Positions 9,866-22,240 of a DNA stretch of 64,000 nucleotides are shown here, in pieces. Position 1 is the first letter of the stretch. Every line of letters starts with the position of its first letter. The DNA lies in NCBI GenBank assembly GCA_012026655.1, contig JAAILG010000177.1:62001-126000 (forward strand), written 5' to 3'. Position numbers and translations under genes: made by a program. The stretch is from Hydrolagus affinis (taxonomy: Eukaryota). Below the pieces are notes generated by a model. It was not told the DNA's origin and did not search any database. It saw only the letters and a program-made list of their open reading frames with translations.

Positions 9866-12800
9866 CATTATTTTCTTGTCTTCAAATGGAGCAGAAATGA
9901 AGGAATGAAATCATGCACATAACCCATGGGCACCCAGCTTTCCCCATGGATTGTAAAGGTATTCTTGGAGAGGCAAATCATGCTGCCGTTTGCTACCTTT
10001 AACAGAAAACAGGACGACAATCCCGCAAAAACAGGAATGATGCAGTAGTGACCCGATATACCGAATCGAGTGCAAACCTAAAGAAAAATTAATTGAAGGC
10101 CTGTAGAAATGTAATATAACATTATAGGAAGACAGACAACATGCTGAGACATTGCCCCCTTGAACAGGATTCCTACCACCAGGTGCCGTGCTTTTTGATG
10201 AAGGACAGCTCCTTAAGGACAAATGGAAATCAGCTTGAGGTTTCATTAATTGATACCATCTTCATGAAAAAAATGTGCTTCCTCCCAAACCCTCACCACC
10301 ACATTGTTTTAAAACTTGCAATGACTTCTTGGAGAATTTCCACTACTGTAACCCGTAGCCCACCAGTCATTCTGGTTAATTCAAACACCTTATCCCTCAA
10401 TAGTAACAGTAGCGGTATGGTATGGCTTGAAGACTAATTCTCTAGTTACTCAAATTAAAAGATGCTGATAGTTGAATGAATAATTAATAGTTCCAGCGTA
10501 CATGTGTACAGCCATTATAAAACATCTCCCTAAATAGCTTAAGATGCTGCTGAAAATAATGTTCAGCAGATTTCCTCTCCAATTATTTAAAGAATGCAAA
10601 TGGATTTTATTTTACATAAAATATGCTCCCTCACCTTTCCTTAAGTCTTACTTTGTGAAATCTATGATCAATGAGACGCAGACTTGTTGATGCAAGGCGT
10701 GTGTATTCCAATGAACACATGCATTGATCTGAAATACCATCCATCCTCAAGAGGAGTCTACAAACCACAGGTCTATTCCCTCTGATGATCATTAACGTTT
10801 AAAAATTGAAACATGTTCTTGCAATTGCATGCAATGCAATCCAGAAATTTCAATTCAGCTTATAGATGCCTTACAACCATGCCTGGCTCACTGTCCAAAA
10901 CATATCACTTATTTTTGAACCAGAACTCTGTGGCACACTATTTAAAAGAGAATCTTTGCAGGTCTCAGCGATGCTGATTTGAATGCTGCATGGATCGTTG
11001 AGGTCTGAATTTGACTCAGAGATTTAAAAAAAAGCAAAGATAGCTTCTCATCATCACTTGCGGATTGGAGAAATTACTGCTTTCAACGGCATGAGAAAGC
11101 TGAATTATCACTGGTACATGCAGAGTTCATTGGAGAATTCTTCAGTAATCTTATCACTTCAATTGTGTATGTTAATTTGGCTCCCTAACTCCGTTACGCT
11201 CATTAACACCTCCCTCACAGTCTTCTTAATCATGTTATCGGCAGTCAGTATTTGAGGAAAAATGTTCGACAGAGAACAGTGTGTTGAAGTTGATCCTAAT
11301 TTATTTTAATTATATTTTAATGCTTATTGATGGCCAAGACGTACATTTCAAGAAGAGCGTAAGTTGGGTGCAAAACAAGAACCGGACCAGGTGAAAAATG
11401 GGCAAATTTAAATGCCCATCGTCGTGATAGATGTTAAATGCAAAGTTCTCAGCACTGCATTCACACCCACAGTGCCGCAGTGATCCCGATTGACAAGGTG
11501 AATCAACGCAACCTTTGAAATAGGTCACATGATTGTTACAGGCAACCGTGATAAGGCTCTTTGAAATCCAATGCGCGACGCTGCTGCGTTATTGGCCGTC
11601 ACCCACAAGCATGCATAATATCTTGTGAAGCTCAATCACGTCATAAGTTGCTTTATCGTATGCAAGGATTATGACCGATAAGGTAGTCTCCATCAGCTGC
11701 AGCAAATGTATTGCCCACTTGGCAATTATGCCAGTGGCAATTCTATTCCATCAAGTAGCTTTGGTGGAGCTGCGGTCAATGCCATCTCTGAGTCTACAAC
11801 AAATACGGTACTAGAATCACAGCATGCAGAACTATTCTCAACCCTGACAAATGTATGTGGGAGTGGAGATATGGGAGAATAAATTGGGGGCATCCCTGCT
11901 CACAATCTCTTTACTTTAGCTTCCAACAGCATAACATGGCCATTCATTTGAAACTTTAATTAAATCACTGCTTTCAAGACACTAATTTTACTGTTTGCAT
12001 TCAATTAGATTCAATGCGCTGTTCAACGACTATTGTTTTTGTGCAGGAGAGTTTGCGACCTTGACTAAAAACCCTTGACAAAAGCATGATTTGCTGTCAG
12101 CCAACTAACATACGCATTCCCACAAGTGAGAGGAAACTGGTGTCAGAAAGTGACCCTCCTCACCATCCTTCAGAAGCAGACAAACATCTGGCACAACCCG
12201 AGCATCAGGGATGTGTTAAACATCCTCTGTTTATCAATGAATGATTGTTTGAATCACACTTGACAAAGTAAGCTGCTTCAGCAATGAGAAAATATGCCGT
12301 GTCCATACAATGCTGGCTGGCATACGCTGGTTGTGGTAATCCAAATATTTTCATCCTGATTGACGAAAACCGAGTGCATTGCCAATCACAGCATAATAAC
12401 GTACTATTTTGACAGTGTGTTATTATAGTTTAAAGATATATTTGAGTTAAAATAATTTACAGGTATCGTTGAACTAGTTTCACTATATGTGAGATGGTTG
12501 GTTTACATTAATTACAGTAAGAAAAAACTGTTCAGTAGAAAAAAGATAAACGTGTCTAAAATAAGGAATTCAAGTAGGGTATCGGTTCCAGTGACTGGAG
12601 GAAATGCAATGCATGTCACCCTGACCCGAGGAAACCCCACGACAAAAGCAGATTGGATTCCTATTAAGGAGCCCTAACAGAAATTGTCATATATCAGATA
12701 CTACTAACTACTTAAAGTTGTTCTTGAAAGCTGACAAAAGGCCAAAGCTACAAAGCAACTGCTTTATGGAAAAAATCAATGAACCATAAAGTAACTGATC

Positions 12801-13402
12801 TTTACAAGAATAGATGAGGTTGAAGGAAACAAAGTTTGCTTTCAATGCAATGTGGCAGCAAACTAAAATTGCTCTGTGCCGGTAAACCAGACCTCTTTGA
12901 CATCATCAAACCAAAACTGAGAGGCTCTCTGCTCCCAGCTCAGGCTGCTTCAGGTGAGGAATGAGCCAATCATTCCAGCAACAGCTGTGAAGTGGGTAAC
13001 TCTTCTATTGAAGGTTCACCATCCCACACCCTCAACAAACAGTCCGTGGGATTTGTGTATCGGCTGAAATAAGAATCTTATTTCATGCTTATAAGAACCT
13101 CCAGGTCTATACCATGAATTCAATGACTTCAGGGCTAATCAACATGTTACTGAGTTATTATATCTACCTGTAAAATGAAGGGAACCTTAAGATCTAAATC
13201 AGCAAATTCCACTTCTGAGAGTGTATTATTTTGGGTGGCACCATTAGCATGCCTTGCTCAGGGCTCCTGTGAAACTTCCCACTGAACCATGTTGGAAATG
13301 CATCACACAAGTTGATCGCTTTCGTGCCAACAAAAAATGTCCGACTTGTGTGTCATCGGTTTGGTACTGAGAGGCTCTGAGATGCTACCCTGTGTGGATA
13401 TA

Positions 13403-13575
13403 ATGATAATAATCCTTGCATTTGATACAGAGCTTTTCACGTCTTCTAGACATCTCAAAGCACTTCACGGAATATACTGTAAAGTGAATTGACTATGTGC
13501 TCCAACCACTGAGCTAGACTTACTGCAAACAGGTAAACAGAGGGCAGAGTGTGGGCTAAAGAAACTTGCCCAGGA
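13403..13575 (-). mobile_element. Rearranged / internally deleted tRNA-SINE copy
   Basis: SINE tail (aataatccttgcatttgatacag...), then a head remnant (tgctccaaccactgagcta), then gaaacttgccca out of the normal order. Confidence 0.7.
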
Positions 13576-13807
13576 ATTCTAGCTTACAAGAATCTCCAGT
13601 TCTATACCTATATTAGTTCATTTACTTCAGGGCTAATTGGCACGTTATTATATTTGCAATTGAAACAGTGCCTTTCACAATGGGTGCACATTTAAATGCT
13701 TCACAGGTCATACTGTGAATTGCAGTGTTTCTGTATTACAGTACTGTACAGTATTTAGGAGAGGTCTTATAGTGGTTTAAAGAAAAGAAGCAAAAAATGC
13801 ACAGGAT

Positions 13808-13825
13808 GTTGCCATCTGCAGGCCA
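13808..13825 (-). promoter_or_regulatory. Candidate CTCF site
   Basis: Minus strand tggCCTGCAGATGGCAac fits the CTCF core motif. Motif match only. Confidence 0.35.
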
Positions 13826-14364
13826 AAGACAAATGTTGCATAAAAGATGATTTGTGGAAAATACAGTATCAATTGTTTATACTTACAGTAAATACATTGA
13901 ACTATCAATTTGAATTCAATGCTATGCAGTACCATTACTGTTAACCTAAACCACTCTGGCTAAATGGCTGTTTTTTTTACATTTTCAGGCTCAGTGTGAT
14001 TCATAGAGTTATTATAAAAACTAATTTCAGCTCCATCTGTTGCTCCCCAAATCACTAGGACAATATGTTTACTTGCGACCTTCACTTTTAATGTGCAACA
14101 GAGCAAGGCCAGAGTCTAAGCTTTTCTGTTACTTGTCTCTCTGCTGCTGGGAATGTAAACATTGGCAAATTTGACTTTTCTGGTGTTAATTGTTTTAATG
14201 TGCATTTCACCCTCTGCTCTGCTCTACATCTGTCTGTCTGGACCATGAATCTTACCAGTTTACATCTCAATGTGCCTTGTGCGTCAGTTTGTTTTGGGAG
14301 ATTTCATGTTACCAGTCGCTGATTTATTGCAATGTGTAATGGATGTAGGTGAATGTCACTGCCA

Positions 14365-14650
14365 ATGGGTGCAGAGCAACGACCCACAAACAGCCATGAA
14401 TAGAATGACGAATATTAGTGGAGAAACCTTGGCCAGAATACTGGAAGAAACTCCCTTCTCTTCTTAAATAGTATCATTGATGTTTAACTCCTACCTTCAG
14501 AGAGAGATGGTTCCTTAGTTTTAATGTCTCATCCAAAGGATGAAAGCTTCAACAATCCAGTGCACCCCCCAGCTCAGCAATGTATTGTCAGCCTAATCTA
14601 TTGTAGTTCATAGTCCCGACATGACAACTTGACAGAGAGGAAAGAGTTCT
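14365..14650 (-). mobile_element. Old Deu-domain SINE (AmnSINE1/SacSINE1-like)
   Basis: ttggccagaatactggaagaaactcccttctcttcttaaatagt...ttttaatgtctcatccaaaggatg...tgtcagcctaat resembles the Deu core and the other copies in this window. Confidence 0.7.
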
Positions 14651-14762
14651 AGCTTCTAAATAGAGTGCCGTAGTCAAACGCCCTAAATAGTTGCCGTATC
14701 CTGGAGTTAACGGACATCACAATTTTGTTTTAGTTTGCCAGATATCTGACCATGGTTTAGAG

Positions 14763-15377
14763 CAGTGGTTTCCAAATTGTAGGGCGGGCCTCCCTTGGGG
14801 TGTATGTACCATTGGCTGGGGTGGGGGGGGCGGGTCACGGTCGTTATTGTTCTTATTACAGGTAAACCCTGGTTAACGTTGTGACATTCGTTAATACGTC
14901 GTTCGTCAGCGGGTGGAAAGGAGGCGCGACTGCGCTAGGACCTGGGAGTGAGCCAGGCTGGCAGTGAGAGAGCGAGGCAGGCCAGCAGTGAGGGCAACCA
15001 CCAGTGAGTGAGTGAGCCAGGCAGGCAGTCAGGGAGCGAGTGAATTAACTGGGCAGGCAGTCAGGGAGAAACGTTGCGCTGAAAATCAAGCTTACACATC
15101 ACACTAACAAATTCTAAGTGTTGTAAATTATAAATGTATGTCATTGGTTTCACAATTTTAATAATTTTTTTGTTTACTTAAATTTTTTAACAATTTAATG
15201 TTTTTTGTTAATACTTAAAAAAAACTGATTTAAAAACAGATAAAGAAAATATTGAATTTGCTGTTATCATTTGCGAAAATTATTCAATGTGAAGGGGGGT
15301 GGGGGGGAGCGTAACGAAAACTTTCCTGAGTTGGGGGGGTGGGGGGGGCGACGCTATTTAAAGGTTGGAAGCCACTG
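14763..15377. mobile_element. Non-autonomous hAT (Charlie-like) DNA transposon
   Basis: TIRs cagtggtttccaa / ttggaagccactg. Flanking 8-mers gtttagag (14755-14762) and ctttagaa (15378-15385) match 6/8, consistent with an aged 8-bp TSD. Internal gagccaggcaggcagt repeats and G tracts. Confidence 0.82.
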
Positions 15378-16291
15378 CTTTAGAATTTTCAAACCAAGCT
15401 GAGGAATTCATAACTGAGAGCGATTATGTGAGATAATTTTCATAAGAATGGTAATAATTGGATTGAAACTCAGCTGCCATCAAAGAGGTCAAGATCATCA
15501 AATTAGATCAGGCAGATTTTAATAAAATATGGGAAACTTGAGCGTATTTGAGGTTGAAATTCAAGCCAATACTTCATGCCATCCAAATTCTCAGTCTTGC
15601 GACTGATAATATTTAATTTGCATGAAATAACCTTCCACGACCCAACCATTCTGAGCCACATCATTTGTTAGGATATATAAAAAAAATTATAAGGATTCAG
15701 CAATCTGTTGGCTAAAAGGCTGCCATGTCAACCAATGCCTTGATCTGAATCATTAACGTGCTGTGCAGTTTCCACCAGCTGCCTGAAATATAATGAAAAC
15801 TCTCGACTAAAGTTCATGAAATGCTAATCACTGTCTGAGCAATATACGACTGCTAATGAAGTGACTGAATGGTTTTGAGTTCTTCAGTGCTTTGTGCATT
15901 TAAAACTGCTGCAAAACAAATTTCCTTCAGTAGTGGGAGCAAGCGAGGATGGGGTCGTCAGGGTTTTATTTACTTGCGGAGATCACATCAAGGGCCAAAT
16001 AAAATAAACATTAGCAGATTGCATGCCAATAATACTCTGACTCCAAACAATTGGGACTATTTTCCCCACGTAAGTGATGCACCTGCAAAGGGAGTCTGAT
16101 GTCAGAAATTGTTTTCATCCATTGCAAGCAACGGCAGAGCTTAAGTCATTGTTCTAACGCACTTGTTTTGTCAGTAACTTGTAGAATGCTGAAGGATACT
16201 GCCAAGTCTGTTGAATACGAGCATTGTGTCTAAATTTAAAGAAAACGCACACCTTGTGAAGAAATCCTTCCCCACCGAATGTTCATGATTT

Positions 16292-16545
16292 AACAACAAC
16301 AACAAAATTACATTTATAGAGCGCCTTTCATGTCGGGAGGACGTCCCAAGGCACTGAACAGTCAGGTCAGCGTCCGAGCAAGGGAGAGGGGCAGGGTAGG
16401 CAGGAGAGTGAGGAGGGGAGGGAGAGAGTTGGGAGGAAAGTAGAAGGCACGGTCGAAGAGGAGGATCTTGCCTTGAAGGAGGTGAGGGAGGCAGCGAGGC
16501 GAAGGGACTGTGGGGTAGAGTTCTAGAGTGTGGGGGCAGAGGGTT
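16292..16545 (-). mobile_element. L2 LINE 3' fragment with (TTG)n tail
   Basis: caacaacaacaaaattacatttatagagcgcctttcatgtcgggaggacgtcccaagg followed by the purine-rich antisense of the 3' UTR and ORF2 end. Confidence 0.85.
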
Positions 16546-17879
16546 TTAAGAGGATTTCTATCACAGCAGGCATCTTAACCACTGGTCCGATTGTAGTTCA
16601 TTCTTCAAATACCTCCCTTAGAACTTCACGTTTGTGCCTTTAAAAATGACTGCATGATAAATTTCACCAGTATATATGTCAGTATATTTTGGTATTTTAA
16701 CCTTCCTTTTACATGGTTGTTCTCCACCTCTGGATTAATAAAATTGCATCTATTTATTCTTGTGCCGTATACTTAAACTTGCCTCCTTTCTTATGAGGCA
16801 ATGTCAAGTCTAAGTGACACTTGTTTTTTTTAAGAGAGGCAAATAGACGTTTGGACACATTGAGATCACATGCACATAGTAACGGTTCTGAGTGGATTTC
16901 AGTTTCATTTTGAGTCAAAAACATTGAGGCGAATAAGCAAACAAATGTTGAGGAACATTGAATTCCTAGCAATGCTCTCAGAAGGAGAAAGGCACAAATA
17001 TTCTGCAGAGCCAAACACTATCCATGAATGATTCTGAAGCCAGAGTTGACGCGGGATTTCTGCCACAATTTATGGCTGCCCAGCGCAGCTTATCTTATCT
17101 TCTCAATGTATTCCAGCGGCCAATCTCAAGCGAGAAAACAGCAAAAGGGAAATAATTTTCATTCCATATCTTCTCGTTCACTCTTTAGCTCCGATGGTCA
17201 TTTTGAGATTCCGTTGCTAGCCCAGATCTGCAATCTTGGACAAATTACCTCGGAGAGTCGTCACCGCACCATTGCTCTCTCAGTGTCCTAACGATATAAT
17301 AATGGAGCCTTTCCTGCACTCTTCAGTACACAGCAGCATTTCTGTCTGGTGTTCAGCCTTCCTGCACCAAATAATCCCAAACATCAGGCAAGCTATCAAA
17401 GCTAGCAAAGCTCCCTTGGCGGTAAAGCTGCACAATTCACTGAAGGGATAAAACACCGACTTCAGTGAACTGCTTGCCTTTTGAAGTTGTTGTAGAAAAA
17501 AGGTTTTCCCCATTAGCAAAGCTCATTGAATTAATGGAGAACGTCTCTGGGGGAGTTTGGAGATAAACTGCTTCACTAAAGCTAGATTAAAAAGAACAGC
17601 TGGAGTAGGGAACAGAGAACCAAAGGTATCTCCAGCCAATGCATGACTACCTCAAGCGACATGACGCTCAGTGCTACAGTTATTTTATTTCTAAACTGCT
17701 TCCAGCTCATGTAATGATATAATTCAAACAACTACTGCATTAGATTAAGCATTGTCACTCAGGAGTCAAAATTCCACCTGGGTGTAGAAATACTCTATTG
17801 ATGTAACATTTCAGAGTGTCAGGAATTTGGCTAATTCTTAAATACGATCTTACTAATAATTTCTTAAAAAATAAAAATA

Positions 17880-18915
17880 AATGTTAAAAATTGGACACTC
17901 CATCCATGACTGTTTATGGGACACTGCTGTGCGAAATCGGCTGATATGTTTCATCCGCGAAATGCAGTCAATTCACTTTACAGTATATTCTGTGAAACAC
18001 TTTCTGGTGGCGAGGCTTTTCGCCTCTCTGAGCCCACTCTTTGGAATTCCATCCCACAATCCTTTTGCCTTGCTCCCTCCCTCCCTGTAGAGTACATCAA
18101 TATAGGAATGGTTCTTGAATACCCATGGTATATTGAGATAATAGTAATAATAAGAAGAATAATCCTTGCATTTGATATAGCACTTTCCATGTCTTCTAGA
18201 TGTTTCAAAATGCTTCACAGAGTATACAGTAAAGTGAATTGACTGCATACAGTATATGTGAACGAAACGCGGCAGCCAATTGCACACAGCAGTGTCTCAC
18301 AAATAGTCATGGATTGAAAAGACCAATTTATTACTGGTTTTTTTTGAGAGATTGTTATCAGATGTTTGCAGTAAGGAAACTTGCCCAAAGTTTGCCCTGC
18401 CTGGAATTGAACCCAGGTCCCTTGGCGAATGATCTAACCATTGAGTTACAGTGCAACTTCAAGTTATTCAATTGATGCCATTCCCTTAAGGTAAGCAGGT
18501 CAGAAATGTTCCACATTATCTAGTTAATTAGTTATTTTCTTTGACAAGTCTTTTTACACAAAGAACAGTCCAAAGAAATTAAAAAGCTATTGCAATCCTA
18601 GATTTGCTGAATCAAGTACAGTATATACCCGTTCCAGACTGATTCACCTTCTATGCCATTTCTGCTGTACCATCACTTATTATATATTTTGTATTTACAC
18701 TGCATTAATCTTTTTTTTGAAAAACTTGTTTTTAAAATTGGTCACTTCAATCCATGACTGTTTGTGGGACACTGCTGTGCACAACTGGCTGCACATTTTG
18801 CCCAAAAATATAGTCACTACACTTTACAGTATGTTCTGTGAAGCGCTTTGAGCTTCTATAAAACGTGAAGAGTGCCATATCAAATGCAAAAACTATTATT
18901 ATTATCATTATTATA
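17880..18915. mobile_element. Cluster: SINE(+) 17880-18000, L2(+) 18003-18085, SINE(-) 18138-18452, SINE(+) 18720-18915
   Basis: Direct similarity to the 4022 SINE. The L2 piece encodes GGEAFRLSEPTLWNSIPQS. Confidence 0.85.
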
Positions 18916-18991
18916 ATTGAAACAGAATGTGTTAGGAAAAGACACTGAGATCACTCATACAGTCTCTTCAGAAAAATAGGCAGCTGGTGTA

Positions 18992-19325
18992 AACAACAAC
19001 AACAACACAAAACTACATTTATAGAGTGCCTTTCAGGTTGGGAGGATGTCCCAAGGCACTGAACAGTCAAGTGGGGACCTAAGCAAGAAGTCGGGGAAGG
19101 ATAAAGAACATGAGGAAGGCAACACTGAGAGTAGAGTATGAGTCAGAGAAGCTGGGTTAGAGAAGATGGAACTGGCTTTCTTCCAATTTGCCATCAACAA
19201 TTGATATAGCATCTTTTTATGTTGGGAGGATATCCTAGGGCACTGAACAGTCATGGATTTTCACCCGAGGCGGAGTGTATGAGAAGATGACCAAAGGTGC
19301 AGACAAAGAGGAAGATCTTGACAAT
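18992..19325 (-). mobile_element. Two tandem L2 3' ends
   Basis: Tail motif gggaggat(g/a)tcc(c/t)a(a/g)ggcactgaacagtca occurs twice, at about 19040 and 19225. Confidence 0.75.
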
Positions 19326-21859
19326 GAAGAAGAACAAAAGTACTAACCAGTGAATGGGATATGTTAAATCACAAATATTTGAATTGTGTTTTAAACACCT
19401 GAATTTCAATTCTTCTAATATTTACAGTACACCCATGTGTTAACTTTGATCTCATGATTTGATTGTATCTGTGTGAAACAAAAATCTGATATATTGAATA
19501 TTGGGGTTTGGACTGAACATTGGAGCATTGGTCATCAGTGTATATTTATCCAAGATTTTCCCCCAGGAGATGCAATACGTGGCGTAGATTCCAAGATAGA
19601 ACAATGCTATTTCTGAGCTCTCCATTACTTATCGGCCTCCAACAGTGATAATGCCACACATATAATCCCTAAGCATTATACCAAATCACTGCTATCAATT
19701 CTTAAATATGTTTCTATTAAACAAGTATTTATTATACACAAAATACAGGTGGGGGAAATCAGTGAGAACATTTTATTATAATGATCCTCACTCACTCATT
19801 ATTCTCTATGTGTCTACCTCTTCTAACGTTCTAACAGAATAACAGAAGGCTCTTGCAAGATCTGCCTGGTGATATTCCACAATGTCCTGAGGACTTGTCA
19901 GTTATAATTCTTCACAGAATCTCTGCAGAGACACACTGCTCCTCACTAAAGTTATCAAGAATTGGTGGTGGAGCTGCCCACAGAAAGTCAAGAGATATCA
20001 CACGTGTGAAAACCTAAGCGTATCTTCAACTTTAACAGGAAACAGGTGAACGGCGTGATCAGATGCTTTTACTTTCAACTCCACTGTCTGATCAAACAAT
20101 CTGGCCTGGAGAACTAGTTATCTGATACAGCAGTGTGTGTACCAAAAGGCTACACTATTTACCAGCCAGCATCCATCCACATAGTTACAACATAGTGGGG
20201 TCTTCATCCTCGAATATAGGATGGCAAGTCCCTGGATGAGACAGATAATCTGTCCCCAGACAAATTTCCCCTGTCTTGAGTTCAGCAACAAACTGAGCAA
20301 GAACAATAAAATTCTAAAACCGATACACACATCAGAGAAATATCAGTGATTAATCCAGTGCTGTACTGCCAGCATCAGAAATTGTGGTGAGTTCAATTTT
20401 TATTTTATGTGTCCCTGGATATGGTTTAGAAAATATGGTTACTCTAAATAATACTGTTTCCAGCATGCTGCAGCAGCGAGTCTACAAATCACCCACATAG
20501 CCTGACCCCTCTCTAGCTCTGTGAGCTTCTCCAGGCTCACAATCCGTACCACCCCCCCCACCAACCCCCATCCATCTGTTACCCCACCCAACGTCCCAGC
20601 TCAGCTTCATCTCTGTGAAGCACGTTGAGTTGTTATCCTGTGTGAAAGGAGTTCCATAAACACAAGTTTTGTGGAGGTCTCGCAGTGGAGTGAAGCACAA
20701 ATTAATTCTGTTCTATCTTCTCCCCCCTTCCCCACCCCCATTTAACCTTACAGGACGAGTAAACCTGCCCCTCTATATTGTACGATTTCCCTCACTACAA
20801 GCAATGCAATAAATATGTCTAATTTCACATTGTACAGTGTTTCTTCAAACACACCGCAATTATTTTGATCACCGGAGGCTGAACATAGCCTGAGCTCATG
20901 AGTTGAGAGAAGGCAGGTTCCCACACCACATTTTGCATGTCTTTTTGGGAATACTCTCCATCCCATTTAGAACACACCACTCATAATCAATCTGTTGATC
21001 ACATACTTACAATAAGAGCAGCAGTATGTAACAGAGATGAATGTTGAGGTGTGTCCACAGCCCAAAACACTGAAATGGTTGAATTAGATAACAGATAAGA
21101 GCTATCACGTTGTAAATGATGCCAAATAAATCAGAACATTGATTTTGTGCAGCGAAAAATATTATGATAAAAATGTGCTTTAAAAAAAATGAAATAAAAG
21201 TCAGGGTGGTGGTGGGGGTGGAGGGGTTTGTGGTATATGCCGTGATAGTTATTACCATTAATAAATTCTCTATCTCCCTGAAATAGATTGCAGCTACTTT
21301 AATCCTAGAAGAATCTTACTTTCAATTAAAATAGTAAGAGGCATCTTATATTGGTCATCTGGTTTATCAGTGGTCTTGCGCTTGCAGTCAGTGTTGAGAA
21401 CATATAAAATAATGAAAGTTGTTACAGAAACACTATGAATGGATCATTAACTCCCTGCTGCACACTCCAGCTCTCAATACTCCATAATCTTGAGAAAATG
21501 ACAGCAATTATGCACGACCTCTTGGTGGGATGGCAATGGCCCTTTGCAGGCACCCGCTATTTAATGTTATAGATTTCCTCACAGGAAGATGCTTGTGATT
21601 CTCTTCCAGCCTTGGTTTGTCACAGAATCAGTGGCACGTGATTAGCTGGAAACAAACAAAGTGTTTAAAATCCTTCAGAGAGTCAACAATTCCCACAGTG
21701 AAGAGGGACTGCCTGCGGTGGCAGTGGTAGTAGCACATGAAGTGAAACGTTGAATGCTGGGCTGGAACAATTGCCTGCTCCTTGTCTTGGCCACCAGTGG
21801 TTCACCTCCTCAAATGTTGGTAGTTGCTCCCTAAGGATCAAATTAGTTCGAAAGAATCA

Positions 21860-22240
21860 GTCTGCTGAGCGGAGGGAGCAGGCAGGTTGGTAGGGGATTA
21901 GAAAGTTACAGAGATAGGGTGGAGCGAGGCCATGGAGGGCTTTGAATGTGAGGACCAGGATCTTGACTTGAATACTCTGGGTAATGGGGAGCCAATGGAG
22001 TCGGGTGAGAATGGGGGGGGGATGGGGTCATAGAGCTTGGAGTGTTAGAGGTCACGGCCGCAGAGTTCTGGATGATCTGCAGCCTATTGGAGGTAGGAAT
22101 TGGGAAGGCCGACAAGCAGGGAGTTGGGGTAGTCAAGCCTGGATGTGATGAAGGCATGACTGAGGGTTTCAGCAGCCTGAGGGGTGAGGTAGTGGCAGAG
22201 TTGGGCAATGTTGCAGAGGTGAGTGAAGGCAGAGCGGGTC
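21860..22240 (-). mobile_element. L2 LINE ORF2 fragment
   Basis: The minus strand gives frameshifted L2 motifs (HAFITSRLDYPNSLLVGLP, RLQIIQNSAA, LHWLP, APPYL). Confidence 0.85.

Noticed and set aside
11700-11880. Frame reading LGNYASGNS...AISESTTNTVL, faintly like a Harbinger transposase motif
   Set aside because: Similarity is too weak, and no flanking DDE motifs or TIRs are seen.
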